A DNA stretch of 64,000 nt, from the NCBI GenBank assembly GCA_036272325.1, contig DATAYY010000022.1, positions 14,739 through 78,738 of the forward strand, given 5' to 3'. Shown in pieces: positions 23,215 to 33,582 of this stretch (positions are counted from its first letter, which is position 1; every line of letters begins with the position of its first letter). A program made the translations under genes and the position numbers. The DNA is from Caldimonas sp. GTDB taxonomy: Bacteria > Pseudomonadota > Gammaproteobacteria > Burkholderiales > Burkholderiaceae_C. The notes under the pieces were generated by a model. That model saw only the letters and a program-made list of their open reading frames with translations. It was not told where the DNA came from and did no database searches.

Positions 23215-24336
23215 TCAGGGATAGAAGATCTCGACCGTGTAGCCGACCACCGCCGCCGGGCCGGCGGTGAGCGGCACCTGCAGGCTCGATTCGGCATGCG
23301 GGGCCAGCACCTCGGCGGCGTGGAGCTCTTCAGGCGCGAGGACGCGGCGGGCGACCAGGCCCCCGGTCGCGTCGGTAAGAGCGAGATCGATCGACGGCAT
23401 GCCGAGCGCGATCGCGCTGCGGCTGCGCAGCGTGACGGAGAGGACGAAGGTGTCGGGCGCCGGCGCCCGCGTCAACGCCGTGCTTTCGACGACGACGTCC
23501 TCGATGCGTCGCGGCGCCTCGATCCGGCACCCGGCGACGCGGCACCACGCCACGAGCGGCGCGCGCAGCGACGGCCAGCTCGCGGCGATCGTGTCGCGAT
23601 AGTGATGCGAGACCTGCAGCACGAGCATCGCGGCCGCGAGCAGCGCGAGGCCGCCGAAGGCGGCCCGTGCCGCGCCGCTCTGCCAGCGCGCGCGCCGGTC
23701 GGCGCGACGGATGAACTCCGGGTGCGCTTCGCTTTCGAGTGGCAGCGCGCCGGCATCGGTCGCCGGCAGGACGACGAGGTCGGCCTCGTTCTCCGACGAG
23801 TTGTCGGCGAACAGGTCGGAATCGAAGCGCGCGTCCGAGAATTCGACCCGATCGCGACCGCCGAGCTCGGCGGGCGGCTTGTGCGCGTGCTCGGCGCGCT
23901 TGCGCGGTCCGAACAGGCGGGCGTCGATCGGGTCGGCGAGCAACTCGCCGAGGTCCCCGGTCGAGTCGACATCGTCGCCGCTCGACTCGATGCTATCGGT
24001 GTTGGTCGCCGCCGCCCGCTTCTCGACCGACCTCATGGCCGGCTGCGACACGGCCTCCGCCGCTGGCGGCGAGCGCAGCGTCTTTTCGAACTCCGCGGTT
24101 CGCGACGGCGCTGCCCGCTCGCTCGGCTCGCGCGTCGGTGCGGCGCGCTCGGCGTGGGACGCGTTGCGCTCGCCCGTTTCGGCCGGCGGGTCGCGGCCGA
24201 GGTCGAACAAGCCCTCGATCGCGTTGAAGACGGCGTTGCAGCGGCCGCAACGAACCCAGCCTTCGGACACCTTGAGCTGGTCCTGGACGACTCGAAACGC
24301 CGTCCCGCAAGAGCTGCAGCGCGTCGCCAGACTCAT
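23215..24336 (-). CDS. Zinc-ribbon plus DUF3426 protein
   Basis: CSSC...CGRC N-terminal ribbon, TM, C-terminal beta domain ending GYTVEIFYP. Confidence 0.88.
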   Translation of the reverse strand: MSLATRCSSCGTAFRVVQDQLKVSEGWVRCGRCNAVFNAIEGLFDLGRDPPAETGERNASHAERAAPTREPSERAAPSRTAEFEKTLRSPPAAEAVSQPAMRSVEKRAAATNTDSIESSGDDVDSTGDLGELLADPIDARLFGPRKRAEHAHKPPAELGGRDRVEFSDARFDSDLFADNSSENEADLVVLPATDAGALPLESEAHPEFIRRADRRARWQSGAARAAFGGLALLAAAMLVLQVSHHYRDTIAASWPSLRAPLVAWCRVAGCRIEAPRRIEDVVVESTALTRAPAPDTFVLSVTLRSRSAIALGMPSIDLALTDATGGLVARRVLAPEELHAAEVLAPHAESSLQVPLTAGPAAVVGYTVEIFYP

Positions 24337-24343
24337 CGCCAAA

Positions 24344-25258
24344 TCATGCCATGCGCGACCCCGCAGGGCGCTTACCGACGAGGAGGATCCAGCCGTCGTC
24401 GTGCGCCTCGGCCTCGAGCGCGATCCAGGGCGCGTATGCCGAGCGCAGCTCGGCGGTCTGCCGCTCGAGGATGCCCGACAGGACGAGGTCGCCGCCGGCA
24501 TCGACGAGCGCCGACAGCACCGGGGCGAGCAGCTTGAGCGGCGCGGCGAGGATGTTGGCGACGACGAGCGCGTACGGTCCGGCGACGTCGTCCGGCGTGC
24601 CGGCGCGCAACGCGACGCCGTTGGCGAGCGCATTCGCGCGCGTCGTCTCGATCGCCACCGGATCGACGTCGACGGCATCGACCTCGCCGGCGCCGAAGCG
24701 GCTCGCCGCGATCGCGAGCACGCCCGAGCCCGACCCGTAGTCGAGCGCGCGCTCCCAGGCGATACCGTCGCTGGTGCCGTGGGCAGCGATCCAGCGCAGG
24801 CACATCCGCGTCGTCGGATGGGTGCCGGTGCCGAAGGCGCGCCCCGGGTCGAGGCGGATGACGTGGCGCGCGTTCGGCGGCACGCCGCTCCAGGTCGGAA
24901 CGACCCAGAAGTCGTCGGCGATCTGGCAAGGGCCGAACTGCGCCTGCGTCAGACGCACCCAGTCCTCATCGGCGACCGGCGCGATCGCGACGACGTGGAC
25001 ATCCCCCGTCGCCGCTGCGGCGACGAGAGAGGCGGCGGCCGAGATCGCATCTGCCTCGTCGGCGAAGAGCGCGCCGACGCGGGCCCGCCGCCACGTCGCC
25101 GGCGCGGCGACGCCGGGCTCGTCGAACACCGGCTGCTCGGTGTCGCTGCCCGCGTCGCCGTCCTCGATCGACACCGAGAGGGCGCCGAGGTCGTCGGCGA
25201 GCCGGTCGCTCAGGGCATCGACCGCGGCAGCCGGGACGAGGAGCGCGAGGGCGTGCAT
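24344..25258 (-). CDS. prmA: Ribosomal protein L11 methyltransferase
   Basis: DPGRAFGTGTHPTT, DYGSGSG, ANILA, LSGIL. Confidence 0.95.
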   Translation of the reverse strand: MHALALLVPAAAVDALSDRLADDLGALSVSIEDGDAGSDTEQPVFDEPGVAAPATWRRARVGALFADEADAISAAASLVAAAATGDVHVVAIAPVADEDWVRLTQAQFGPCQIADDFWVVPTWSGVPPNARHVIRLDPGRAFGTGTHPTTRMCLRWIAAHGTSDGIAWERALDYGSGSGVLAIAASRFGAGEVDAVDVDPVAIETTRANALANGVALRAGTPDDVAGPYALVVANILAAPLKLLAPVLSALVDAGGDLVLSGILERQTAELRSAYAPWIALEAEAHDDGWILLVGKRPAGSRMA

Positions 25259-25263
25259 CGCGC

Positions 25264-26613
25264 TCAACGCTTGTGTTGGTCGAGCCAGCCTTCCAGGTAG
25301 TGGATGCTCGTCCCGCCTTCGACGAACTTGGCGTCGACCATCAGCTCGCGATGGAGCGGGATGTTGGTCTGGATTCCTTCGACGACCGTCTCCGAGAGCG
25401 CCGTCCGCATCCGCGCGAGCGCCTGATCGCGGTCGTCGCCGTGAACGATGATCTTGCCGATCATCGAGTCGTAGTTCGGTGGCACGACGTAGTTCGTGTA
25501 GGCGTGCGAATCGACCCGCACGCCCGGGCCGCCGGGCGGGTGCCACATCGTGACGCGGCCCGGCGACGGCGTGAACTTGAACGGGTCCTCGGCATTGATC
25601 CGGCATTCGATCGCGTGGCCGCGGCAGACGATCGCGCGCTGCGGGAAGGGCAGCTTCTCGCCGGCGGCGATTCGGATCTGCATCGACACGATGTCGATCC
25701 CGGTCACCCACTCGGTCACCGGGTGCTCGACCTGGACCCGCGTGTTCATCTCGATGAAGAAGAACTCGTTATTCTCATACAGGAACTCGAACGTGCCGGC
25801 GCCGCGGTAGCCGATCTTCTTGCAGGCGGCGACGCAGCGCTCGCCAATCTTCTCGATCACCCGGCGCTGGATCCCCGGCGCCGGCGCCTCCTCGATGATC
25901 TTCTGGTGGCGGCGCTGCATCGAGCAGTCGCGCTCGCCGAGCCAGACCGCGTTCTTGTGCGTGTCGGCGAGCACCTGGATCTCGATGTGGCGGGGGTTCT
26001 GGAGGAACTTCTCCATGTAGACCGCCGGGTTCGAGAACGCCGCGGCCGCTTCGGCGCGTGTCGTCTGCACCGCCGAGACGAGCGCCGCCTCGGTATGGAC
26101 GACGCGCATGCCGCGCCCGCCGCCGCCGCCGGCCGCCTTGATGATCACCGGGTAGCCGATCGCCCGCGCCGCCTTGATCGCCTCCTTCGGGTCGTCGGGC
26201 AGCGCGCCCTCCGAGCCGGGGACGCACGGCACCCCCGACTTGATCATCGTCTGCTTGGCCGAGACCTTGTCGCCCATGATCCGGATCGCCTCGGGCGTCG
26301 GTCCGATGAAGGTGAAGCCGCTGCGCTCGACGCGCTCGGCGAAGTCGGCGTTCTCGGCGAGGAAGCCGTAGCCGGGATGGATCGCCTCGGCGTCGGTGAC
26401 CTCGGCAGTGGCGATGATCGCCGGCATGTTGAGGTAGCTTTGCGTCGAAGGCGCCGGGCCGATGCAGACGGCTTCGTCGGCCAGCTTGACGTACTTCGCG
26501 TCGCGGTCCGCTTCCGAGTAGACGATGACCGACTTGACACCGAGCTCGCGGCAGGCGCGCTGGATGCGCAGCGCGATCTCGCCCCGATTGGCGATCAGGA
26601 TCTTCTTGAACAT
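25264..26613 (-). CDS. accC: Acetyl-CoA carboxylase, biotin carboxylase
   Basis: [39 protein letters not shown]. Confidence 0.98.
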   Translation of the reverse strand: MFKKILIANRGEIALRIQRACRELGVKSVIVYSEADRDAKYVKLADEAVCIGPAPSTQSYLNMPAIIATAEVTDAEAIHPGYGFLAENADFAERVERSGFTFIGPTPEAIRIMGDKVSAKQTMIKSGVPCVPGSEGALPDDPKEAIKAARAIGYPVIIKAAGGGGGRGMRVVHTEAALVSAVQTTRAEAAAAFSNPAVYMEKFLQNPRHIEIQVLADTHKNAVWLGERDCSMQRRHQKIIEEAPAPGIQRRVIEKIGERCVAACKKIGYRGAGTFEFLYENNEFFFIEMNTRVQVEHPVTEWVTGIDIVSMQIRIAAGEKLPFPQRAIVCRGHAIECRINAEDPFKFTPSPGRVTMWHPPGGPGVRVDSHAYTNYVVPPNYDSMIGKIIVHGDDRDQALARMRTALSETVVEGIQTNIPLHRELMVDAKFVEGGTSIHYLEGWLDQHKR

Positions 26614-26668
26614 CGTCAGTCGCGGCCGGTGGCCGTTCGCGAGCGGGGACCGGCGTCGAAGGCGCGCC

Positions 26669-27124
26669 TCATTCGATGACGAACAGCGGCTGGCCGAACT
26701 CCACCGCCTGGCCGTTCTCGCACAGGATCTGGCGAATCGTCCCGGCGGCGTCGGCCTCGATCTCGTTCATGATCTTCATCGCCTCGATGATGCAGATCGG
26801 CTCGCCGACCTTGACGACGCTGCCGACCTCGACGAACGGATCCGAGCCCGGGCTCGCCGAGCGATAGAAGGTGCCGACCATCGGCGACTTGACGACGTTG
26901 GCCGCGATGTCCGGCTCCGCCGGCGCCGCTGGGGCGGACTCCGCGCCGCCAGGGTGGGCGGCCGAATAGCTTGGGTGCGGCTGCGGATGCGCGATCGGCG
27001 GCGCCGCTCCCGGGGCGTACGCCTTCACGATCCGGACCTTGCCGTCCGCCTCGGCGATCTCGAGCTCCGAGATGTTCGACTCCGAGACGAGGTCGATCAA
27101 GGTCTTCAGTTTGCGAAGGTCCAT
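26669..27124 (-). CDS. accB: Biotin carboxyl carrier protein
   Basis: [30 protein letters not shown]. Confidence 0.98.
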   Translation of the reverse strand: MDLRKLKTLIDLVSESNISELEIAEADGKVRIVKAYAPGAAPPIAHPQPHPSYSAAHPGGAESAPAAPAEPDIAANVVKSPMVGTFYRSASPGSDPFVEVGSVVKVGEPICIIEAMKIMNEIEADAAGTIRQILCENGQAVEFGQPLFVIE

Positions 27125-27230
27125 CCAGGCATCCGGAATCGAGTCGGGGCGGCTTAGCTGGCGGGCCGCAAGAAGGCGCGCATTCTAGGCCGATCGGCGA
27201 CAGATACGGTGATTTGGCGCCGAATCTCGT

Positions 27231-27755
27231 TCAGCGGATTGAACCCACCCAACCGCCAAGAAGGGCTGCGTCGACCGCGCCCAGATGCTCACCCGCCTTG
27301 GCCCCGGTCGAGTCGAAGGCGGCGGTGAAGGGCAACCCCCCGTTGTGGTTGCCGAGCTGGTGCGAGAGCTCGAGCCCGATCGGGCCCGCGATTGCGACCG
27401 GCAGGCGCAGCGTCCGCTCGGCAATGAAGCGTCGCACCGGATCGGGCTGGTCGATCGCCAGGGCGAGCACCTGCCAGCGTTCGCGAGCGCGTTCGCGTGC
27501 GAAGCGGTCGAGCAACGGCATCTCGACGACGCACGGGCCGCACCATGTCGCCCAGAAGTTGAGCAGCAGCGGCCGGCCGCGCAGCGCCGCCATCGGCAGG
27601 GCAACGCCGTCGACGTCCTGGAAGGTCAGCGACCAGACGTCGATCGCGGCCGGCTCGTCGACGCTGTCGCTTCGCGTTCGCCACAGCCGCACGCCGATCC
27701 CGCCGGCGCCAGCGACGAGCGCCGCCGCGCCGACGAGGACAGCGCGCCGGTTCAC
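27231..27755 (-). CDS. TlpA-family thiol-disulfide oxidoreductase
   Basis: GTG start coupled to upstream TGA; NFWATWCGPCVVEMP. Confidence 0.9.
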   Translation of the reverse strand: MNRRAVLVGAAALVAGAGGIGVRLWRTRSDSVDEPAAIDVWSLTFQDVDGVALPMAALRGRPLLLNFWATWCGPCVVEMPLLDRFARERARERWQVLALAIDQPDPVRRFIAERTLRLPVAIAGPIGLELSHQLGNHNGGLPFTAAFDSTGAKAGEHLGAVDAALLGGWVGSIR

Positions 27756-28348
27756 GTCTCGGCCTCGCGCGAGCGCAGCGCGGCGAGGTCGCCGCGGTCG
27801 CTGCGGCCACGCGAGTCGCGGTGAAGCGCGCCGCGCAGGTCGTCGTAGTCGCGCACCGTCAGGGCGATATGGACGACGACGCCGAGCGTCGGAGTCGGCA
27901 CCTGGAGGTTGAGAACGTCGAGCACGCGCCCGCGCGGCCCGTCGAGGCTGCTGACGTCGTAGTCGACGCGCATGTCGATCAGCGCGATTTCGGCCGACTT
28001 CGAATCGTCGCAGAAGAGATCGATCGCGATGCTGCTCAGCCGGGTGGCGGTGCCGCGCCAGACCGCGCCGGCGAGGTGTGGTCGAAAGGCCGCGAGGCGC
28101 TCCATCCATCCGCCGGCGATTCGGCGCAGCTCGGCGAGCTCGGCGGGCTGGGTGTCGGCGTGGAAGAGGTCGAGGTAGGTGCGGACCTCGTCCTCGATCT
28201 CGTCGTTGCCCGGCAGCTCGCCGTTGCGCGCATGCAGGCCGAGATGGCGCGCCGCGCGCCGCTTGGCGGCGCCGTATTCGAGGCCTTCCTCGACGATCAG
28301 CCGCGCCGCGGCGACGGCGATCGCTGCGCTGTGCGTGCCTGTTGCCAT
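27752..28348 (-). CDS. Conserved hypothetical protein with nucleotidyltransferase-like fold
   Basis: AARLIVEEGLEYGAAKRRA; GAVWRGTA...LFCDD. Confidence 0.75.
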   Translation of the reverse strand: MATGTHSAAIAVAAARLIVEEGLEYGAAKRRAARHLGLHARNGELPGNDEIEDEVRTYLDLFHADTQPAELAELRRIAGGWMERLAAFRPHLAGAVWRGTATRLSSIAIDLFCDDSKSAEIALIDMRVDYDVSSLDGPRGRVLDVLNLQVPTPTLGVVVHIALTVRDYDDLRGALHRDSRGRSDRGDLAALRSREAET

Positions 28349-28378
28349 CGGGCCATTCTAGGCAGCGGCCCGGCGCGG

Positions 28379-29167
28379 TTACGGCAGCTCGACCTGTCCC
28401 ATGCGAGCGACGATGGTTGCGGCGCGGCCGACGACGTACGCCGATCCCGGGCGCTTCTCGAATCGCTTCGGTGCCGGCAGCATCACCGCAAGCTGGCCCG
28501 CCTGCTGGACGCTGAGCTGACGCGCGGAAACGCCGAAGTAGCGCTGCGCGGCGGCCTCGGCGCCGAACACGCCCTCGCCCCATTCGACGGCGTTGAGATA
28601 GAGCTCGAGGATGCGGCGCTTGCCGAGGATCCCTTCGAGCGCGTACGAGAGGACGAGCTCCTGCCCCTTGCGGAGGAAATTGCGCTCGCCGCTCAGAAAC
28701 AGGTTCTTGGCGAGCTGCTGGGTGATCGTCGAGCCGCCGACGACCTTGGCGGCGGCTGGCGGCCGCGCGGTGACGGCCGCTTTGCCTCCGTGGGCTGCGT
28801 CGCGACGCTGGGCGCGCAGCGTTGCCTGCTCGGCCACGGTCTCGGCGCGTTCGTTCTTCGCCCAGGCCTTCTCGAGCGCATCCCATTCGACGCCGCTGTG
28901 CTCGGCGAAGCCGCTGTCCTCGGCAGCGACGACCGCGCGCTTCAAGTTGGGCGACAGCCCGGCGTAGTCGATCCACTGCTGCCGCCAGCGGTGTGGGCCC
29001 GGAGCGCGGGCGAGCCGCCACGCTTCGGAGCGCTGAAATGTTGTCGACTGCGGATCGACGAGCACCATCAGTGCGATCCGGGCGACGAAGTAGAGCTGCA
29101 GCGCGACGGCGCTGACGAGCACGAGAACGAGAAGGCGACGCAGCGACCGGCCGCGTGGCGCCGTCAT
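28379..29167 (-). CDS. mtgA: Monofunctional peptidoglycan glycosyltransferase
   Basis: AAEDSGF, GGSTITQQLAKNLFL, RKGQE, LELYLN. Confidence 0.95.
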   Translation of the reverse strand: MTAPRGRSLRRLLVLVLVSAVALQLYFVARIALMVLVDPQSTTFQRSEAWRLARAPGPHRWRQQWIDYAGLSPNLKRAVVAAEDSGFAEHSGVEWDALEKAWAKNERAETVAEQATLRAQRRDAAHGGKAAVTARPPAAAKVVGGSTITQQLAKNLFLSGERNFLRKGQELVLSYALEGILGKRRILELYLNAVEWGEGVFGAEAAAQRYFGVSARQLSVQQAGQLAVMLPAPKRFEKRPGSAYVVGRAATIVARMGQVELP

Positions 29168-30012
29168 GTCGATCCGAGGCGCTCGCGCAGCGCCCGCAAT
29201 ACCGGGGCGGTCTGCGGCGCGACGCCGCGCCAGAAGAAGAACGCTTCGGCGGCCTGCTCGACGAGCATGCCGAGGCCGTCGCGTCCGCTCGCGTCATGCG
29301 CGCGCGCCCAGTCGAGGAAAGGCCGCGCCGGCGGACCGTACATCATGTCGAGCGCCAGCGTCCCCCGCTTCAGGACGTTGGCCGCGACCGGGACCGGGGT
29401 GCCCGAGACGCTGCTCGCGCTGGCGTTGACGACGATATCGAATGCGCTGCCGCAGGCGTCGAGCGCGGTCGCCGCGACATGCGTCGCGGCAGTGCCGTTG
29501 AGCGCTGAAAGGTGACGGGCGACGAGCGATCGCGCACGCTCGACACTGCGATTGGCGACCACGACTTCGCCAGCGCCGCCGGCAAGCAAGGGTCCGAGCG
29601 CGCCCGCGGCGCCGCCGCCGGCTCCGATCAGCAGGACCCGCGCGCCGCGTACGGCCACGCCGGCATTGCGCTCGATGTCGCGCACCAGGCCGGCGCCGTC
29701 GGTGTTGTCGCCCTGCCAGGCGCCGGCATCGAAGCGCAGGACGTTGCAGGCGCCGGCAAGGCGGGCGCGGGCGCTCGGCCGGTCGGCGAGCGTGCAGGCC
29801 TCGAACTTGAACGGCATCGTCACGTTGCAGCCGCTGCCGCCGTGCTCGGCGAAGCCGCGGACCGTCGCCGCGAAGGCGTCGAGCGGGCAGAGCAGACGGT
29901 CGTAGACGACCGCCTCGCCGGTCTGCGCCGCGAAGGCGGCGTGAATGAACGGCGACTGGCTGTGCGCGACCGGATTGCCGGCGACGACGTATCGACTCGG
30001 CGGCGTCGCCAT
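29164..30012 (-). CDS. aroE: Shikimate dehydrogenase
   Basis: GNPVAHSQSP, NVTMPFK, NTDG, GAGGAA, DMMY, GMLVEQA. Confidence 0.95.
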   Translation of the reverse strand: MATPPSRYVVAGNPVAHSQSPFIHAAFAAQTGEAVVYDRLLCPLDAFAATVRGFAEHGGSGCNVTMPFKFEACTLADRPSARARLAGACNVLRFDAGAWQGDNTDGAGLVRDIERNAGVAVRGARVLLIGAGGGAAGALGPLLAGGAGEVVVANRSVERARSLVARHLSALNGTAATHVAATALDACGSAFDIVVNASASSVSGTPVPVAANVLKRGTLALDMMYGPPARPFLDWARAHDASGRDGLGMLVEQAAEAFFFWRGVAPQTAPVLRALRERLGST

Positions 30013-30878
30013 CAGCGCCCGCTCAGCGTCGTCTCGAGGTTCTCCTCGCGCGTGAAGCGGAAGCGCGAAGGGATCGCGAGCTGATCGGCCTGCCGCTTCA
30101 TGGCTGTCGTGAAGCGGCCGTACGGCCCGGCGGCATGGACGATCGCGATCGCGCGGCGATCGAGGACCTTGTTGCCCGAGCCGCGGACGACCTCGGTCTC
30201 GAGGACGCGGCCTTCCGAGTCGACGGTGATGATCATGGTCAGCTCGCCATACAGCTTCTTGCCCTGGTTCTCGGGAAAATTGCGCGTGCCGCGGTCCTCG
30301 ATCTTGCGCCGCAACTTGTCGTAGTAGAGAGCGTAGACCTCTTCGCGCGTCGCCGGGCTGATGTAGCGCTTCTTCGGCCGCGCGTTCTCCTCGTTGATGC
30401 GCTTTTCGATCTCGGCCAGCATCTCGATCAACTGGCGTCGCCGGTCCTCTTGCTCGCGCTCCTCGGGTGTGCCCTGGTCGCGCAGCGGGTCGGTCGGCGG
30501 CAGCAGCGCGAGCTCGCGACGCACCTGCGACAACAGCTGCTGCTGCGTCTGCTGCAGTTGCTCGATCCGCTTGCGCGTGTCCTCTTGGGCGTCGCCGATC
30601 TCGGTCAGCGCCGAGGGCGGCAGCGGCGACGTCGCGCGGCCGGCTGCCGCGTCGCCGCCGCCGGCCAGGCTCGCCTGCGCGATCGCCTGCGCCTTCTCGG
30701 GCGCCTCGGCGGATCGCGAGTTGACGAGGACGACCTCGAGCGGCGAGTCCTCGAACATCCGGTTGAATCCTTCCGGGTCGACGAAGCGCACGCCGAGCAG
30801 CGCGCCGTGGACGGCGAGCGAGACGCCGAGCGCGACGTGCAGCGTCGAAAGCTTCTTCTTCGCCAGCGGCAGTCTCAC
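30012..30878 (-). CDS. TonB-family energy transducer
   Basis: N-terminal TM with SLAVH motif; TonB C-terminal domain (VRGSGNKVLDRRA). Confidence 0.85.
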   Translation of the reverse strand: MRLPLAKKKLSTLHVALGVSLAVHGALLGVRFVDPEGFNRMFEDSPLEVVLVNSRSAEAPEKAQAIAQASLAGGGDAAAGRATSPLPPSALTEIGDAQEDTRKRIEQLQQTQQQLLSQVRRELALLPPTDPLRDQGTPEEREQEDRRRQLIEMLAEIEKRINEENARPKKRYISPATREEVYALYYDKLRRKIEDRGTRNFPENQGKKLYGELTMIITVDSEGRVLETEVVRGSGNKVLDRRAIAIVHAAGPYGRFTTAMKRQADQLAIPSRFRFTREENLETTLSGR

Positions 30879-32917
30879 GCGGCTGTGGCGGCGACGGGAT
30901 CAGCTTCGACGCCGGGATCGGGCGCCGAGACGTCGATCGCGATCGCGAGCGGCCCGGCGCTGTCGGCATCCTCGTCGTCGCCGGCGATCGTCTCGGCCGG
31001 CGTCGCGGCCTCGTCGCGGCGGGCGACCACCGTGCCGGAGAGGTCGAGCGTCAGCAGGTCGACGGCGCCGACGCTGACGCGGACGGCACTGCCGCGCGCC
31101 AGCTGGTCGCTGCCGACGGCGCGAAAGACCAGCGGCAGCGCGTCGGCGCGAACGAGGCCTTCTTTCAGCACCGTCGCATCGAGCTCGCGGACGTCGTTTT
31201 GCTGCAGCCAGCGCAGCGACCAGTAGCGCTCGATCTGGGCCTGGAACGCGTTGTAGGCGGCGTAAGACGCCTCGAAGTCGGCAATCGCTGCGAGCAGCTG
31301 CACGTCCTTCGGCTTGAACGGCGCGACCAGCGGGGCACTGCGGCCGCCGCGCGCACAGGCAACGATCTGCCACTGGTTGACGAGGTCGACGTAGCGCCTG
31401 AGCGGCGACGTCGCCCACGCGTATTGGGCGACGCCGATGCCGGCGTGCGGCGCAGGTTGCGTTCCCATCCGCACCTTGACCCCGGGCGCGAGGCTCGCCT
31501 GGCTGCGATAGATGCCGGGAACGCCACACGCCGCGAGCCAGCCGCCCCAGGTGCTGTTGGCGAGGATCATCGCCTCGGCAACGATGAGGTCGAGTGGCGA
31601 GCCACGCTTCCTCGGCACGATCTCGACTCGCTCTTCGCCCGTGATCGGTCGGCCGCCGTCGCGATCGACGCGAAACGTGTAGTCGGGACGGGTGAAGTTC
31701 TCGGGCTTGCCACGCACCCGCTCGCGCCCGGCCTTGAGCCGTTGGGCGAGGACGTGCAGGAAGCTCAGCTCGGCCGCGAACGGCAGCGACGGCGGCAGGC
31801 CGGCGGCGATCGTGCTCTCGTCGACCTGTGCCTCGAGCAGGTCGTGACGGAGGTTGGCCGCGATGCGGATTCGCTCGAGCCGCGTCTCGCTCGCCAGCGT
31901 CGCGAGAGATGCTTCGTCGAAGGTCACATACAGCGAGACGACGGCGGCGTCCGTCCCCTCGGCGAGCGTGAACGCTTCGACGACGGCGTCGGGCAGCATC
32001 GTCAGCTTGTGGCCGGGGATGTAGACGGTCGAGAGCCGATCGCGGGCGATCTGCGCGATCGGCGTCGCCGGCAGGAAGGCGAGCGCCGGCGCCGCGATGT
32101 GGATGCCGACGACGACCTTGCCGCTGCCGAGCCCCTGCACCGAGAGCGCGTCGTCGATCTCGGTCGTCGACGAGTCGTCGATCGAGAACGCCTGCGCCGG
32201 CGCGAGACCGAGCTCGCCCGCGACCTCGGGGACGGCGACGTCGGCGAACCCCGTTCCCTTCGGGAACTCCTCGAACAGGAAGCGGCGCCAGTGGAACTCG
32301 TACGGCGAGTCGATCGCGCCGGCCGACTTCAGCACGTCGAGCGGTGGCCGCCCCGAACGCCGCGCCGCTTCGACGACGGCCTTGTACTCGACCGCATTCT
32401 TGTCGGGCTTGAAGAGGATGCGGTAGATGTGCTCGCGCACCGGCAGCGGGCAGTTGCCGGCGATCAGCTCTGCGGCCCAGGCGTCGACCTGCGCCGCGAT
32501 CTGCTTCTTGCGCTCGATGCCGAGCAGTGCTGCCTTGACGATCTCTTCCGGCGCCTTCTTGAAGCGCCCCTTGCCGAGGCGGCGGAAGTAGTGCGGCGCC
32601 GAGAACAGGCGCAGCAACGCCGCCGCTTCCTGGGCGACACCGGCCTTGGTGCCGAAGTAGTCGCGCGCGAGCTCGGCGAACGCGAACTCGCCTTCGGGAG
32701 CGAATTCCCACGCCAGGTCGAGATCGATCTCGCCCGCGATCGCCTCGGCCTCGCCGAGCAGCGCCTCGGGCTCGGGCTGGGCGAAGCGCAGCAGCACGTT
32801 GGCCGCCTTGACCTTGGCCCGCTTGCCCGAGCCGAGCTCGACCTGCAGCGAGGTGTCGGTCTCGGTCATGACGCGGCCGACCTGGAACTTGCCGCCGTCT
32901 TCGAAGAGGGCATTCAT
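30875..32917 (-). CDS. RNB-domain exoribonuclease (RNase II family)
   Basis: SIDDSSTTEIDDALS, VAEAMIL, ATSPLRRYVD; ATG at 32917. Confidence 0.92.
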   Translation of the reverse strand: MNALFEDGGKFQVGRVMTETDTSLQVELGSGKRAKVKAANVLLRFAQPEPEALLGEAEAIAGEIDLDLAWEFAPEGEFAFAELARDYFGTKAGVAQEAAALLRLFSAPHYFRRLGKGRFKKAPEEIVKAALLGIERKKQIAAQVDAWAAELIAGNCPLPVREHIYRILFKPDKNAVEYKAVVEAARRSGRPPLDVLKSAGAIDSPYEFHWRRFLFEEFPKGTGFADVAVPEVAGELGLAPAQAFSIDDSSTTEIDDALSVQGLGSGKVVVGIHIAAPALAFLPATPIAQIARDRLSTVYIPGHKLTMLPDAVVEAFTLAEGTDAAVVSLYVTFDEASLATLASETRLERIRIAANLRHDLLEAQVDESTIAAGLPPSLPFAAELSFLHVLAQRLKAGRERVRGKPENFTRPDYTFRVDRDGGRPITGEERVEIVPRKRGSPLDLIVAEAMILANSTWGGWLAACGVPGIYRSQASLAPGVKVRMGTQPAPHAGIGVAQYAWATSPLRRYVDLVNQWQIVACARGGRSAPLVAPFKPKDVQLLAAIADFEASYAAYNAFQAQIERYWSLRWLQQNDVRELDATVLKEGLVRADALPLVFRAVGSDQLARGSAVRVSVGAVDLLTLDLSGTVVARRDEAATPAETIAGDDEDADSAGPLAIAIDVSAPDPGVEADPVAATAA

Positions 32918-32984
32918 GGGGCGCCGATTGTCGCCTGAGGATCTGCGCCCGCCGGCCGCCATGGCCCTCGCGGGATGCGCACTT

Positions 32985-33533
32985 TCAGTAGGTTCGGCCG
33001 CTCTTGTAGCGTCCCGATGCGCGCGGCGCGAGGGCGGCGGCGCGGCCGATCGCCGCAAAGCTCCCGGCAGCGTGGGCGTGGCAGATCGCCAGGCCGAGTG
33101 CATCGGCAGCGTCGGGCCCGGGCACGCCGGGCAGGGCGAGCAGGCGCATCACCATCTGTTGCACTTGTTCCTTCTTCGCCTGGCCGTGGCCGACGATCGC
33201 CCGCTTCATCTGCAGCGCGGTGTATTCCGCGACCGCGAGCTCGTCGGCGACCAGCGCCGACAGGGCGGCGCCGCGTGCCTGGCCGAGCAGCAGCGTCGCC
33301 TGCGGGTTGACGTTGACGAACACGATCTCGATCGACGCGCACGTCGGGCCGTAGCGCGCCGCGATCTCGCGCACGCCGTCGAAGATGATCTTGAGCCGCC
33401 CCGGCAGGTCGGCGAGCGCGACCGCGGCGGTCCGGATCGTTCCGCTGGCGACGTAGCCGAGCCTGCCGCCGTCGCAATCGACGATGCCGAAGCCCGTCGT
33501 GCGAAGTCCAGGGTCGATGCCGAGCACGCGCAT
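32985..33533 (-). CDS. ruvC: Holliday junction resolvase RuvC
   Basis: [27 protein letters not shown]; start may be 33542. Confidence 0.96.
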   Translation of the reverse strand: MRVLGIDPGLRTTGFGIVDCDGGRLGYVASGTIRTAAVALADLPGRLKIIFDGVREIAARYGPTCASIEIVFVNVNPQATLLLGQARGAALSALVADELAVAEYTALQMKRAIVGHGQAKKEQVQQMVMRLLALPGVPGPDAADALGLAICHAHAAGSFAAIGRAAALAPRASGRYKSGRTY

Positions 33534-33582
33534 GGCCGTCATTGGAACCGAACGCGGCCGGGTCGTGACACCGCCACGTCGC

